A model generated the notes under the pieces. The model did not search any database. It was not told where the DNA came from and saw only the letters and a program-made list of their open reading frames with translations. The position numbers were made by a program, and so were the translations under genes. DNA of 64,000 bases from Lama guanicoe (Eukaryota), in contig MU053304.1 in NCBI GenBank assembly GCA_013239625.1, positions 2,232,001-2,296,000 of the forward strand. Direction: 5' to 3'. This document shows, piece after piece, positions 49,401-62,101 of this stretch (positions within the stretch are counted from its first letter, which is position 1; every line of letters begins with the position of its first letter).

Positions 49401-50084
49401 GGCTGATGAAGCTATTTGAATTGGGTAAACGCTGGGTGCAGTTCGGGGTGTGCAGCACATGATATACTGACAGATTCTAATGTCTATAATGAGCATCTTT
49501 GTACGAATGGTTTCTGATATGAAAAGAAATTTGCTTATCAATGCAAGGAAAGCCATTGGTATGTTAATTTTATGCAAGCTTGTCTTCACTTTCTAATTCA
49601 CTCCTCCCAATAATGGAATTGTAATTGGATTTCGGAAGGGACATGCATAGAAAGCAATTTAAAAGGAATTCGTTAATCAGAAATTACTCCAAATTAGTGC
49701 AATAAAAATGAAGACATGTAACCTTTGTCCAAAAATGCAAAATGGGCAATTTTCCCTAAATGTTATAATTTGAGAGAGGCTTGCCTACCACAACATGGAA
49801 ACTTCAGTGATGCTTTGAATTTTTCCATTAGAAAACTGAAAGTTTTCTCTCTTTGTGCCAGGCATTTTTCTCTCACCTTGGCCTTCAGATGCAGACACCT
49901 AAGATAGAGGTAATATATCAAGTCACTGATACCTTAATTTTTCTAAATGTTTTCTGTTTTTCTGTCTCTAACAGGGGAAACCAGAGTCTCTCTGGGTTTG
50001 TGTGGTTTAGGGATTGGGGAAGAACACAGGAAGAGTTGCTGCCCTGTCTTTTGAAGTGGGAAATGGGAAGGAATCACAGCTTCG

Positions 50085-50240
50085 TGACTCACTAACTGTG
50101 TGGCTTTGGCATGTGACAATTACTCGGTCATCATTGCCTTCATCTCTAGGATGCCATTACATCAGGGTGTGGTGGGGATTTTATCAAGTAATACATGTAA
50201 CATAATGTGTATAGCATAGCACCTGGTCAGTAAAAAATGG
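50085..50240 (+). mobile_element. MIR fragment
   Basis: actaactgtgtggctttggcatgtgac..taatacatgtaa..agcatagcacctgg. Confidence 0.6.
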
Positions 50241-50329
50241 TGAGTGACCTGACATCTTTTTTAAAAAACAGTACTTTGAAAAATTTGAAGAAAAAAGGTG
50301 ACTTTTTCCCCATAATGCCAACAAATAAT

Positions 50330-50450
50330 AATAATGTGATTTAAAAAATAATAGCACCTTACACTTATTATCCATACTAGGCTCTTTGCCAGGGATGTCC
50401 AAGCGCCCTTTTATTTTATACTTAACAACAATCTGATGGAGCAGGTACAA
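50330..50450 (-). mobile_element. MIR fragment
   Basis: aataatagcaccttacacttattatccatactaggctctttgccag..cttaacaacaatctgatggagcaggtac. Confidence 0.55.
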
Positions 50451-50619
50451 CTGAATAACCTCAAATAATCATCAATCAAATCAAGACAGGCGGTTTCTGT
50501 GAGCAGGTAGTGAGTCCCTGGAGGCTGAGAAGACTTCAAGAATGATAGCTCTTGATCTTCTCAAACTTGGTAACTAATTGGACCAAAATAAGCCCAAGGT
50601 TTCATATTTCGGAAGGGAT

Positions 50620-50800
50620 AATATTTACTGAATTTCGCACTTCAATTGACTTAATGCTTGTGGCAACCTGGGAAAGGTAATATTATAGAAGGAGCAACTG
50701 AGCTGAGAGAGGCAGAATGCGTGGCTGATGGCCACACAGCGACTGACTGATACACAGTGGACTGTGTCCAGGACCCGCTGACTCTAGACCCACGTGCTTT
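50620..50800 (-). mobile_element. MIR fragment
   Basis: ggcaacctgggaaaggta..gaaggagcaactgagctgagagagg..ggccacacagc..ctgactctagaccc. Confidence 0.55.
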
Positions 50801-51091
50801 CCTTAGGCCATGCCAAGGTGCCGCTCATAGAAACAAAACAACCAGTATCATGGACTTGGGTTTAGAGGTACATCCAGTTAGCTTGTTATTGTCATAGATT
50901 TGAGGAACCTTTATAGTGGGATTGGCAAGATGGCATTTGGATCAGCTCTGAGAGATGTGGACTTAGGGGCCATTCCAGATCAGTGATCAAAATGGCAGGA
51001 GGAGTAGCCATGAATCACTGGAAAACGTGTAGGTAAATCTCTCTCATTCCCCCATTTCTTTGTGTGTGTGTTTGTGTATGCACACGTGTTT

Positions 51092-51323
51092 TAGGGCTTC
51101 TCCACTTTGGCACTAGAGACATTTTGGCCTGGATCATTCGTTGCTGGGTTGGCTGTCCTGTGCACTGTAAGATATTTACCAGTATCCCTGGCCTCTGCAT
51201 ATTAGGTACCAGTAGCACACTCCACCCACATCACCCAAGGTCATGACAACCAAAAATGTCTCTGGACATTGCCATATGTCCCCTGGTGGAGGGGGCAAAA
51301 TTGCTCTGGGTTGAGTTTCACTG
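51092..51323 (-). mobile_element. MER20 (hAT-Charlie)
   Basis: ggcactagagacattttggcc, ctgtcctgtgcactgtaagat, tgacaaccaaaaatgtctctggacattgcca, gggggcaaaattg..gttgagtttcactg. Confidence 0.92.
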
Positions 51324-51420
51324 CTGTGTGTGTGTATGAATAACTGCACGTGTACGTTGGGGGGCATACACACATACATATCCATAAATACATACGCACA
51401 TAGAAATTACTAGGGAGGAG

Positions 51421-51899
51421 AGTGGATAGATTGTATTCATAGCTCTGATCTCCAGTTCTTCACACCTTCCTGTATCCATGCCCTCTGCCATGTAATCTTA
51501 CTGAAGAGACAGAGCATACGATCCCATCCTTTGAATCTGGCCCCTCTGTATAACTTGCTAGGTCAACACCGTGAGGTGGAGTTGATGATTGGTGGTTCAG
51601 CCCCTCAGCCTTGTCCTCCTACGCTGTGGCCGTTGTTGTGAGAAGGCTGTGACCGAACCAGCCTCCTGGTCCCATGAAGAGGCGGGGAAACAAGACAAAG
51701 AGCAGCCAACGTACCCTAGTCAAGCCTGCCTGGAGCAGAGCCCCCAGCCAGTGCGAAGACTCATGAATGAGCTTCACAGGTCCACAGACCCTCGGCTCAA
51801 CCCCAATGAGCAGATGCATGAGAAATAAATAAATACGTCTTGTTGCCGTCCACCGGCGCTTCTTACGTTTTTGTTACACAGCAAAAGTGAACCGATACA
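51421..51899 (+). mobile_element. ERVL-MaLR solo LTR (MLT1H-like)
   Basis: cttcctgtatccatgccctctgccatgt, cctttgaatctgg, gagaaataaataaat, ttgttacacagcaaaagtgaaccgataca terminus. Confidence 0.85.
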
Positions 51900-52739
51900 G
51901 GGAGGGAGGGGAAAGAAAGACCAGAAAAGCAGAGGGAGAAACAGGATTTAGAAAGGAGGACCAGAGGAGAGACAGTATCACCAACCGAGAAGAGGGCTGA
52001 CGGTGACAAGAAGACTGTTACTTGGGCATCATTCTTAACCTTGAGAGAGAGCAGTTGTAGCAGAGTTGAGCACTGGGATTGGAGCAAAAGTCAGGTTATC
52101 AGAGACTGGATGAATGGTGAAGAAGTTTAAACAGGATTTGTAGACTGTTCTTACCCAGAGCTTGGCAAGGAAAAAAGGGTTCAGAGAGACACACAAAGAG
52201 CTGTTCCTAAGAAATGGTGTTGTGAGCAGTGTATTGGACTTTTGTTATATTCGAGGACATTTTCTGGCATGAGTCTGAGTGATCTGGTTTCCTGGGCATC
52301 TCCAGGTGCACTGTTGGGACCAGTGTTAGCTCTGATACATAAGCAGAAGGTGAACGTGACCTCAGGAGCCCCCAGTCAGCACTGAGAGGAGAGAGATGCT
52401 GAACCCCTGCTTAACTGATGGCACCCTCGGGTCTTGCCCATCGCACACAGCCCCTAGGGGTTTCGCTGAGGGAGACTGGATACAGTGCTGCTCAGCTTGG
52501 ACCATGGTGAGGGCGCCACCCTTCCTCGAGACCTAGAGAGAAGGCACGTGGGACTCTTCAAGGCAACTGAACCAGCAGTGGCTCGCTCTCCCTTCAACTA
52601 ATTTCACCTGATCACTGTTTTCCCTTTGTTTTCTCTTTGGCAGTAGGAACACATAAAGGCTGGTTAGTTAGTTGAATTGCCTAAGCCTCTCTCATGCTTG
52701 TTTTTCACTTCCTTCCAATTGATGGATACTCTCTGTGCT

Positions 52740-52865
52740 GGGCTGTCTGACTTCCTTACTAGACTGCACACCTCTTACGTCATGGTTCTGTGCCGTTCCG
52801 TCCTCACTGCGTCAGTGTGCAGTGGAGACCCTTCAATGACTAAACGCTAAGTCAGTGCTTGAACA
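52740..52865 (+). mobile_element. L2 3' fragment
   Basis: cttactagactgcacacctc..tcagtgcttgaac; diverged. Confidence 0.4.
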
Positions 52866-53844
52866 TTAAGACATGCGCTCGAGAATTATAAACCCATACT
52901 TGAAACAAGTAGGAGACAACTTTCTGGTAAGCTTGTCAGATCGCTCTGTCTGTGAAGCAATAGACATTCATAAGAACAAGAGATCTGTATACGCTGGGGT
53001 AATTGGCATTAGCTTCAAGAAGGCTGGTCGTGCCTGGGGCTCTGCAAGCTGGATGTGATTTAGCTGCACGTGCAATAGCATTATGCATCTTCAGTGTTTG
53101 TTTGTACCACGTTTGTGAAGGACAGAGCAAGTCAGCAGACACTTACTTCTCACTTGTGCCAAAAAAAATCCGAAAGGATTCCAGCCGAAGTGTTCCCATT
53201 GCCACTCACTGTGAATATGAAAGCTGATTTGCAAGTTGTCTGATTAATGTGACTATCTGATTAATTTTGGAGAGTTGGTTGATATTTCCTGAAAATGTAG
53301 TAACTTATCAGCTTTTTTTTTTTTAAATCATGGGAAGTTTTTGTGATTCTTACTTTGAATAGATTCTCTTTTACTTACTCACATCACACTTGGCTATTTT
53401 TAAAGGCAATTGTATGCCCTTTTTGCTAGTAAACATTTATATGGATTTTAGTGAACATGCTTTTAGAAAATAATATTTAATTCTTATATTCCAAGATAAA
53501 AGAATGCATTTTATCCCTAAGAAATATTAAGTTAATTGTGTCTAATTGGGAATATGTTTGTTTTTGTATTACAAGATATGTAGTAAAAACAGTTTTTCAC
53601 AGGTAAGTCCTACACAGGTCTTTCTTCTGTGTAAAATGTTACTCAGGAGAAATCGTAGGAAACAGAGAGAATGAGTAAATGATACAAGAATGAAGGCATG
53701 TCATCCAATTATCGGAGCTTTCAAACTCAGAACACAGTAGAGGAGCCTTAGCAAGAGGGGGTGACGTTAATGGATGCTACTAGCTCTCTCTTACTCCCAT
53801 TACTGCCCTAAATTCCTTGGGTACCAATAGTCAAAGCTATTTGG

Positions 53845-53900
53845 CGGTAACACAGTGCCTAGCACACAGCCCATGCTTGATGAATTTTGTGTGAGTGACT
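53845..53900 (+). mobile_element. L2 3'-terminal fragment
   Basis: acacagtgcctagcacacagcccatgcttgatgaattttgtgtgagtga. Confidence 0.55.
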
Positions 53901-56900
53901 CACGTAAGGAGTGCATGCGTGAGGGAACGAGTGATGATGACTCACCAACTGACTTTTCTCCCACTTCTGGCCGGGCTTCCATTTCAGCCTTAGTTTCCCG
54001 AAATACAGCACTGGTGCCCTGAGTAGGATTAATGGCAGAAAACAAAAAGCACTAAGTCTTTTAAGCAGAAAAGGGTTTAGTACAGGGGATGAAGTACTGC
54101 CAAGTTGCCAGAAGGGTTGGAAGAGTGGGATTCAGGAGGGCACTTGCATGGTGGAGTTCAAGGACACCGATTTAGGGTCAGGAAGCTTGAAGCTACAAGC
54201 CACTGACACTGTAATTGCCTCTTGACAGCAGCCCACCTCCCATGAGGTGGAGACAAGGAGACACAGCCAAAGCAGCTGGGCCATGATCTCCATCCTCCTT
54301 CCACGTGTCACGAGAGGGTAGGGAGAGGTGCGACCCAGTTCTCATGCGTGCCTGACTCATTGCCTTGTATGTGTTCAATAAAAGTTGGCGACAATGAATT
54401 TAATTCAGTTAATCTGTTATCCCACCGATTCCAGGTTTGTCTTACTTGAACGTTTTGTATAGATCCTGTTCTTTGACTTCTGAATTGATTTAACTTATTT
54501 GATTAGACACGAAATAAGCAGGAGGAATACGTTACTCATGGTCTGATGTTCCGGTGTTCCGACTCGGGACCATGGGAGAAAGTTGTGTGGGGTCACTGAC
54601 TTTGTTTTAGGGTGGTTTGAGCTGAAGGTTCTGGACTGAGTTGGAGCTTTGCACGCTCATTACGGTTGAGATCAGATTTAACTGGGATAAATTAAATAAT
54701 AATCTTTGACCAGGAAATAGCAGCAGGAACTGCTCATGTAGCTTGCAGATTTGGGGGGCAAAACTGTTTCAACCAAACGGGTCTGTTATTTACCTCGAGA
54801 ACAGAGGCCGGAATCAATCTCAGTTTCAGCCTCCCGCTCTCATTTATTTCCCTTCTTGCTCCCCTCGGCCCCCGTTTATCCACCACGGAAGGCTTTATTG
54901 CGACCCACACCGAAACACACCTTTTAGTTGCTGATACTTGACGTTTTCCAGCTGGCAAAACAGAAATCACCACCGCAGTCTCACATCTACATTGCTTTTC
55001 TTTAGAAACAAAAGCTCCTTTTCTGGACAAATTACTCAGAACTGGCTCTTCAGTATTTCAAGGATTAAGTGCATCATATTTGGAAATTCATTATGGATTC
55101 CATATATGTTCAACATTGTGGCTGTAATTAATATGCCTCCTAGCATTTCACAGATTTCATAAAATACAGTCTGCAGGAAGACTTCCCTCGTGTAAAGCAT
55201 TGGGAAAGCCTTTATGCTTTTACTTAATTAGCGTGACAATAAGAATTGCTCACTCAAGGGAAATGCCAGAGTCTCGGATCAAGGTTATTCCAATGCCTTG
55301 ATTATTACCCTTTCTTTTCTCAAGGAGCTTAGTCTTTTCAAGGTTGATACAACAAAAATCTTAGTAGAGATTAACCTATAGGGTTTAAGTGATTGAGAGC
55401 TAAGTGTAATTTTGAGGAGTGGGAGCTACCAAAATACATTTTATCCAGTGCCTTTCAAAGTGTATAAATAAGCCATTGCTCTCAGTCGTCCTTAACTAGG
55501 TAGAGCTTACTGGAATCAGCCAAGGAAGGGCTGCAGGCAGCCGGCCAGGGTGAGAATCACTGACTAGCTGTGGCTCCTGATGGAATAAAAAGACTGAACA
55601 ACCATGAAATCGCCGCTCTCTTTCCTTCACACCTTTATTTTACGTTTGTATGTCTTCTAGTATGAAAACCAAGGCTCTTTTTCCTATCTGTCTTCTGTAT
55701 GCCAATCTGAAGTTAGATTTAAGACGTTAAGTGGGGTTTTCAAGGGCAAAGATTGAGTCTCCTGAGAAGATTGTGAAAGTCATCACCACAATTCTTTGAT
55801 CCTAAAGGCAAAAGAATTTACTCTGTGGTGGTTCTAACATGATAAGTTACCAGATGGCTGATAAATATAAACGGAAAGGAACCTGACAAAGGTAGATTTC
55901 TACAAAGACAAGAAAACAATCTCAGGTTATATTCACGGGAAGTAGTGAAGTAGCTTTTGGTAATTACTCAGGGAAGTGAAAGCACGTATTTGTTGCCCCT
56001 ATTTTTTGTTTTTGTTTTTTTCCTTTTGTAGTTGTTGTTAATAGAACACAATTGGAATTAAGGGTTGGGTGTAATTTTGAAAATGACTGTCCAGTCCTTG
56101 TGTATTCAGCCACTGGCCCTGTTATGTATTCAGGTTCCGTTGTAGCTCTGTGGTACCAAATTCCTTTCTTTAATGATGGAAAGTTGAGAAGGAGAGAGGG
56201 TTTCTTATCATTCAGAGGCTCTCATTTCTCCTAGGAGGATGTCCTCCATCCATACCTTTACTACATCACTAATACTCCACTGTCTTATTTCCTTATGTTC
56301 CTGTATCCTAGTCACTAGGGAGAATTCCTTGGGGCCAGGGAATCACCTCCTTCCACACTGTATCTTCGGGGCTGGGCATACAGTAGTTGGTCAAGAAATA
56401 GTTCAAAATGAAGGCATATGTAACAAAAAAAATCATTGCTGACTTTCTCCAGATGCTTTTCCTCTCATACAGACCCACCGACTGGTTTCATTAAGAATCT
56501 TTATAACCTTCAGAAGGGATGATGTTTAGAAACTCCCAGAACTGTTTACAAGAAGCTGTTAGTGAGAGCGGCTCGGTTCTGCCTCTTGGGGGTTAATTCC
56601 TGCTCTTGGTTGTTCTCATGCACCTTCTGGTCCAGCAGCTTCTCCGGAGGGACTTCCGCACACAGCCAGATTAGACCCACGGCCGCAGAACCCTGCAGCG
56701 CTCTCCCTGCCTGCAGCAGGCATTGACTTGCTCCCTGTGATTCCAGCGGGCTGTTGAATAAAGTGCTCCGAAGCAGAGGGCTTTGAGATCAGGGACGTCT
56801 GAGATCCAAAGCCTCATCCTCCCCTTGGCTATGAGGCCACGGCAGTGTTCCTAGACTCCCTGAGTCTGCCTTCCGTGGCTGCACAGCTATGTTATGATAC

Positions 56901-57052
56901 TTTTAAAATTTAAATAAGGAGTGAAAACTTGGCTTTTAAATGTATATTCCTTGTCAGTGTTCAAGGTCATGACAAATTGAATATCAAGGTATAAAGGACA
57001 AAACTCCTTTGTATTCATTTTCTTTAGTCTTTGTTCAACTAGAACATCCTGA

Positions 57053-57055
<3 letters not shown>

Positions 57056-57090
<35 letters not shown>
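57056..57090 (+). repeat. Perfect (TG)17 microsatellite
   Basis: Direct observation. Confidence 0.95.
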
Positions 57091-57092
<2 letters not shown>

Positions 57093-57134
57093 GAAACTTT
57101 AGAGATAGTGCCCTTGGTTACCCAAAGGTGACTG

Positions 57135-57398
57135 TTTTTAAGCAAAGTTGCGTTGATACATAATGTACGCACTGAAATGTCTGGAAATGGAATGTGTACA
57201 GCCTGATAGATTTTCACAAAGTGAACCCATTTGTGCTACCAGCACTGGGATCAAGACACAGACCACTACAGCCTTCACCATTTCATGCTCCTTCTCGTCA
57301 CTACTGGTCACTACTGCCCGAGCACGGGTGCACTGTCCTGATTGCTAACGGCATAGACTGGTATTCCTGTTTTTGAACTCTATATAAATGGAACCACA
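57135..57398 (-). mobile_element. Old L1 3' end (L1ME/L1MD-like)
   Basis: gtgtacagcctgatagattttcacaaagtgaac, gatcaagacacagacca, cctgtttttgaactctatataaatggaacc. Confidence 0.75.
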
Positions 57399-60300
57399 AA
57401 AAAAAAATCTGTTTTTTTTTTTAATTTAGCATCATTTCCTTAACAGGGACTCTTAAAATTTTTCTGAGTTCCACCATACCAGATCTGAAGAATGCATGCA
57501 TTCTCTAGATAATGATAGATTTTTTTTTTGGTATCAAATATCTGATGTGATCAGACTTTTCCCACAGGGGGAAACCACCTAGTGTAATTTGATAAGCACT
57601 TACACAGTGAATTCGATCAATGTTGAGTGCGATGTGTGTGCCTCCAACTGTGAAATCTTAAATGCATCCGCTGTCTTCTTCAGCTAATCTGGTATTCTAG
57701 TTATGTGAAAAAGCTAAAGTGCAGCAAACCTTGTGACAGCGGTTTGTGGTTGGCAATTGCATGGTAGTCATGGTTGTCTTCTCAGTGTGCATGTGTGTGT
57801 GTGTGTGAATGCACACGTGTTTGCGTGTGTTAACAATGTTGTGATGATTATCACACATCTACATATGCTCTGCAGATATGAAGTCTGCTACCCTGAAAGA
57901 TGGTGTTTCCATTTAAAAGAGTAAACTTTCCAATATTCTGTACAAATTACTGTCTCTATCCCGCCACTTGCACCAGGGGACTTAAATTGGCATCTTGAGC
58001 GAGTGTATCTTTGTTTAAACTGTTAGCTAGCCTCTGTCTCCCTCTCGGTAAGGCATCAGTTCAGTTTTTTACAAAAGTGAAATCTAAGTTTCTTCTGTAT
58101 TTGCATTTATGTCACTTAAATTCTCTCTGTTTTACTTTTACGAAAACCTCTAATAATAATAGAAATGTCAGCTTTTGGAAAATGGAAATAAGCATTCATC
58201 CAAAAAGAATTATCTTTTAAAAATAAACATATATTGCTTTTTCATGTTCACTATATTTTTGAACAGGTCCTGAATTTAAATATAATTAAGCAGCTCAAAA
58301 ATGTATGCAGATTATAGAGCCTAGAACATAATCTATAAAATATTGGCTCTTACTTTTAATGTTGCTGATCTGAATAAAACTGTATGATTTTTGAAGTAAA
58401 AGGCAATTTTCCCTTCAATTGCTTTTGCAAAAGTTCTACTCAGTTTTCTTTTGAAGGCTTCCTCTCACACCCAGTGATTTCAAGTTTGCCTGACTCACAG
58501 TATCATAAGGATGAACAGGATTTGGAGATAATGCAGATCAACTGGAATTGAAATGAATTTTGTGGTCTGATGAACCAGGCATCTGACTGACTAAATGAAG
58601 GACAAAGGGGCACGTGTGACCGGTGGGATTTGCTTTCCATTTATGTCACAGGTTCCTTGCGTTATTAAGACATCACAAATATAGATTTTTGAGCAATGTT
58701 TCTTTCTGACTATCCTACCATTTGGCTAATGTTCCCACGGTAGTCAATCACATGATTCTAAAGCATCTAAATGTTCCAGAGCTTGAATGCCTGATTGGTT
58801 GGCCAGTCCGTTCTCTGTTCAGTTCCTTATAACACACCTTTATTAAACACCTCCTCAAAGCATGGAGCCTGAGGTTGATGGCAAGAATGCAAAGATGAAT
58901 GAGATAGCACTCCTGACTTTAGAGACTTGCGCTCTCATGGTGGTCAGAGAAATCTAGCATTGATCTGTAAGATCTTTCATGAAATTTCTGAAGGACTGGA
59001 GAAGTCACGTCCAAATCGTGTGACTAAGTTTCCCTCATTTGCATGAAGATACTTGCTCTTTGTTTTCCCCAAAGATGTATAGTGTGAGGGTGAGAGATAT
59101 GTGGATGCAGGAGGACTGCTGTGGTGTTTCTAAGCTATCTGTATCGTTACAATAATCACAGTAAAATAGATTGCAATCATCCTAGTTTATTTACAGAGGA
59201 AATCGGGTACATTATTTTATTTCATTTGACTAGTTAGGGAGCTTTGTCTTAAATTCTTAAAAGAGAGAGAGATTCAGAATCCAGAAAATGTAAGGAAAGA
59301 GGGAAAATGGACGAAGAAAAAACATCTTTTTAAAAAGAGGTGACTTGATTTCCTACTGGCATGAACCATCTCCTTTGAACTACTAAGGAAAATAAAGCAA
59401 TATTTTTCTTGGGCCATTTCCTAAGAGAGAAATGAACTGCTTGCTAGCTGTGAATTATGCAGCTTTAATGCACTGGAGAGAGAAAATGTGTGCCTTTCTC
59501 AAGCGACTTGAGAGTTAATGCCCTGCATTTCATCTGACGTGCGGTGTTATTTTAGAGTTTGCTGCAAAGTCCCCATCTTGCTCTTTGTTCTTGAAAGGTT
59601 TGCCATCTCAGCTCTGAATTTGGTGAACCCTTTTTAATGGTTATAAAACACACGGGATGTTGGTTGAGAATCAGTCGCCTTAGCCTTGCTTGGAAGTCTG
59701 AGTCTCCACATTTGTTATTAATCAGGAACATAATTATGTTTGGAGCAAGGAAAATAAATCATTTATCATGGCAGCCCAGGATGAGACAGTCCCAATTCAT
59801 ATGGTTGTAAACCTACCAGCTGAGTCAAATCGTGATTGCCAGCTCAATCATTTTAGGTTGACCTGGAGGCAAAACAGCACTGTCAACACCATTACCAGTT
59901 AGAAAGAAAAGGTTTTATTTTTCCCCCTACTTATTGGCATGATGAACAGTGGAAATGTCCCATGTAAGTGTGCCAAGTGAATATTTCCACTCTGTATGCA
60001 ATGATGGCCATGTGGGCACTGAATAAGTAATCATGATAAATAACACAGTAGACATGCAATCGCAGGCAGGCGAGCATTCTCTGGCTTCAAGTCTCACCTT
60101 GTGCCCTGTTAAGCCCCAGACAGCCAGTGGCATGACCAGGGAGGCCGGATACCCTCATCGTGTGTAGCTCTTGCTTGGAGCTTGCTTGGAGCAACTACAG
60201 TCATAAACACTGCGTCTGTGTCAGCCAGCAGAATGTAAATATTTAAAGGGTCCGATTGGCAGTGAGCTGTTTCAAGAGCCTTCTGTTTATAATCATTCAC

Positions 60301-60563
60301 TGAAGTAAATGTTTCCTATTATTCAGTCAGCATGGAATAGGATGCTGAACTTCACTGTCTGGCTAAAGTGACGCGAAGAATGTAAAAAGCTGGCAATCTT
60401 GAATTAGCTGCTATTTCTTCAATATTCAGCCAATCTTTCACTCACATCTTTCTGCCATGAGGGTTGCCCCCAGGACAGGTCCCACATGGTGCTGGCTTTT
60501 TCAAGCTAAGGCATGTGATCTAGAGAGTTGCAATCTGAATGACCTCTGACTGCTTGGGTTTTT

Positions 60564-60712
60564 TGTTTGTTTGTTTGTTTGTTTTTAAATTTTTTTCTTA
60601 TTGGGGGTAATTAGGTTTATCTATTTATTTAATAGAGGGACACTGGGAATTGAACCCAGGACCTCATGCATGCTAGGCACGCACTCTACCACTGAGCGAT
60701 ACCTTCCCCCCT
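60564..60712 (-). mobile_element. Camelid tRNA-derived SINE (Vic-1 type)
   Basis: ggtaattaggtttatctatttatt..gggaattgaacccaggacctcatgcatgctaggcacgcactctaccactgagc; perfect 13-bp TSD tgcttgggttttt at 60551-60563 and 60713-60725. Confidence 0.93.
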
Positions 60713-61499
60713 TGCTTGGGTTTTTAAGCAGTCATTGTACTTGGAATAAGCATGTGAGCTCTGAGCAGACAACATTCAGGTCCCAATAGCTTCCCCAGGT
60801 CAATTTCACTTTCATTGGACCAAAAGATCTTTTCCTAGTAGGACCATTTCTGACCATCAGCAAGGGATAATAAAACACCCACATATTCTGATTGTTTGGC
60901 CAGAGGAATAGTTCTGAATCAATCAAATTTATTTTCTAGTGTCACGCTTAACACTTGTATTTTAAATAATAAACCTTCTGTTCCTTATTTTAATTTTGAT
61001 CGCCTCAAGTGCTCTGCCCTCATCCTAGTGTTTCTGTGAACACTGATTCAGCTTTGGACAGAGACTCTGAGACGCCTTTCCCTTACCTAATTTAACATTC
61101 TATTTGCTGCTAACAGTGGATCTAATTTTTCTTTATGTAGTGCAGCCTAGCAAAGTAGGCTGCACTCTTGGTCTGGGTGTGGTGGCACTCCATCCCTTGG
61201 TCAAATGGATATTGGATGAATGAATGATTGAATGCGTGGGGCCCAAGGTATCAGAAAATAAGGTGTTAAATTGGATTACAGAAAGGGAAGGATTCTCTGA
61301 TCATCAGGGCACATTTCCTCCAGGATACCTTTAGTGAATTTACCATCCTCAGTGCTCTTTTCTTCTCTTATCTTCTGGTTTTTGTTTCCTGTACCATTGC
61401 TTTATGAAATCACATTAGGGTGAAATGATCTGTTTAGTTTCAAGAACCTTCATGTATGCCAGTTAATACATAGCAACTGAATAATAATTATTCGAGGGC

Positions 61500-62101
61500 C
61501 TATTCATTCTCTACGGCTGCTATAACAAATTACCACAGACTTCATGGCTTATAACAACACCCATTCATTATCTCAGAGTCTGTAGGTTAGAAGTTTTGGT
61601 GGGCTTGGCTGGGCCCTCTGCTTAGGGTTTACAGACCTGAAATCAAGATGTCAGCTCAGTTGCATTCTCATTTGGAAGACCTGAAGAAGAATTTACTTTC
61701 AAGGTTATTCAATTCAGAATTCAATTCCTTGTGGTTGAAGGATTGAGGTCCTTGTTGCTTCACTGGCTATCAGGCAGCAGTCACTCTCTGCTCCTAGAGG
61801 CCACCTACATCCGTCCTCATAAAGCCCCCTCCATCTTCAAACCAGCAGCAGTGTTGGAATCTTCCTCATGCTTCAGATCTCTCTGACTTCACCTCTGCTA
61901 CAGCAGGAGAAAATTCTCTGCTAAAGGGCTCCTGTAGATTAGACCCACCTGGATACTTCCCCTTTCTGAAGGTCAACTGATAAGTAACCTTAATGACACT
62001 GGCAAAATCCCTTTTGCCTTGTAATGTAACATGGTCTCTAGAGTGATTCCAGGGAATGAAGTCAGGGAGTCCGTCTTGGAATTACAACGCTGCTTCCCAC
62101 A
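61500..62101 (-). mobile_element. ERVL-MaLR solo LTR (MLT1E-like)
   Basis: gctgctataacaaattaccac, cagaattcaattccttgtggttg, ctcctagaggccacc, ccctccatcttcaaaccagca, aaggtcaactgat..aaaatcccttttgcc. Confidence 0.9.
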
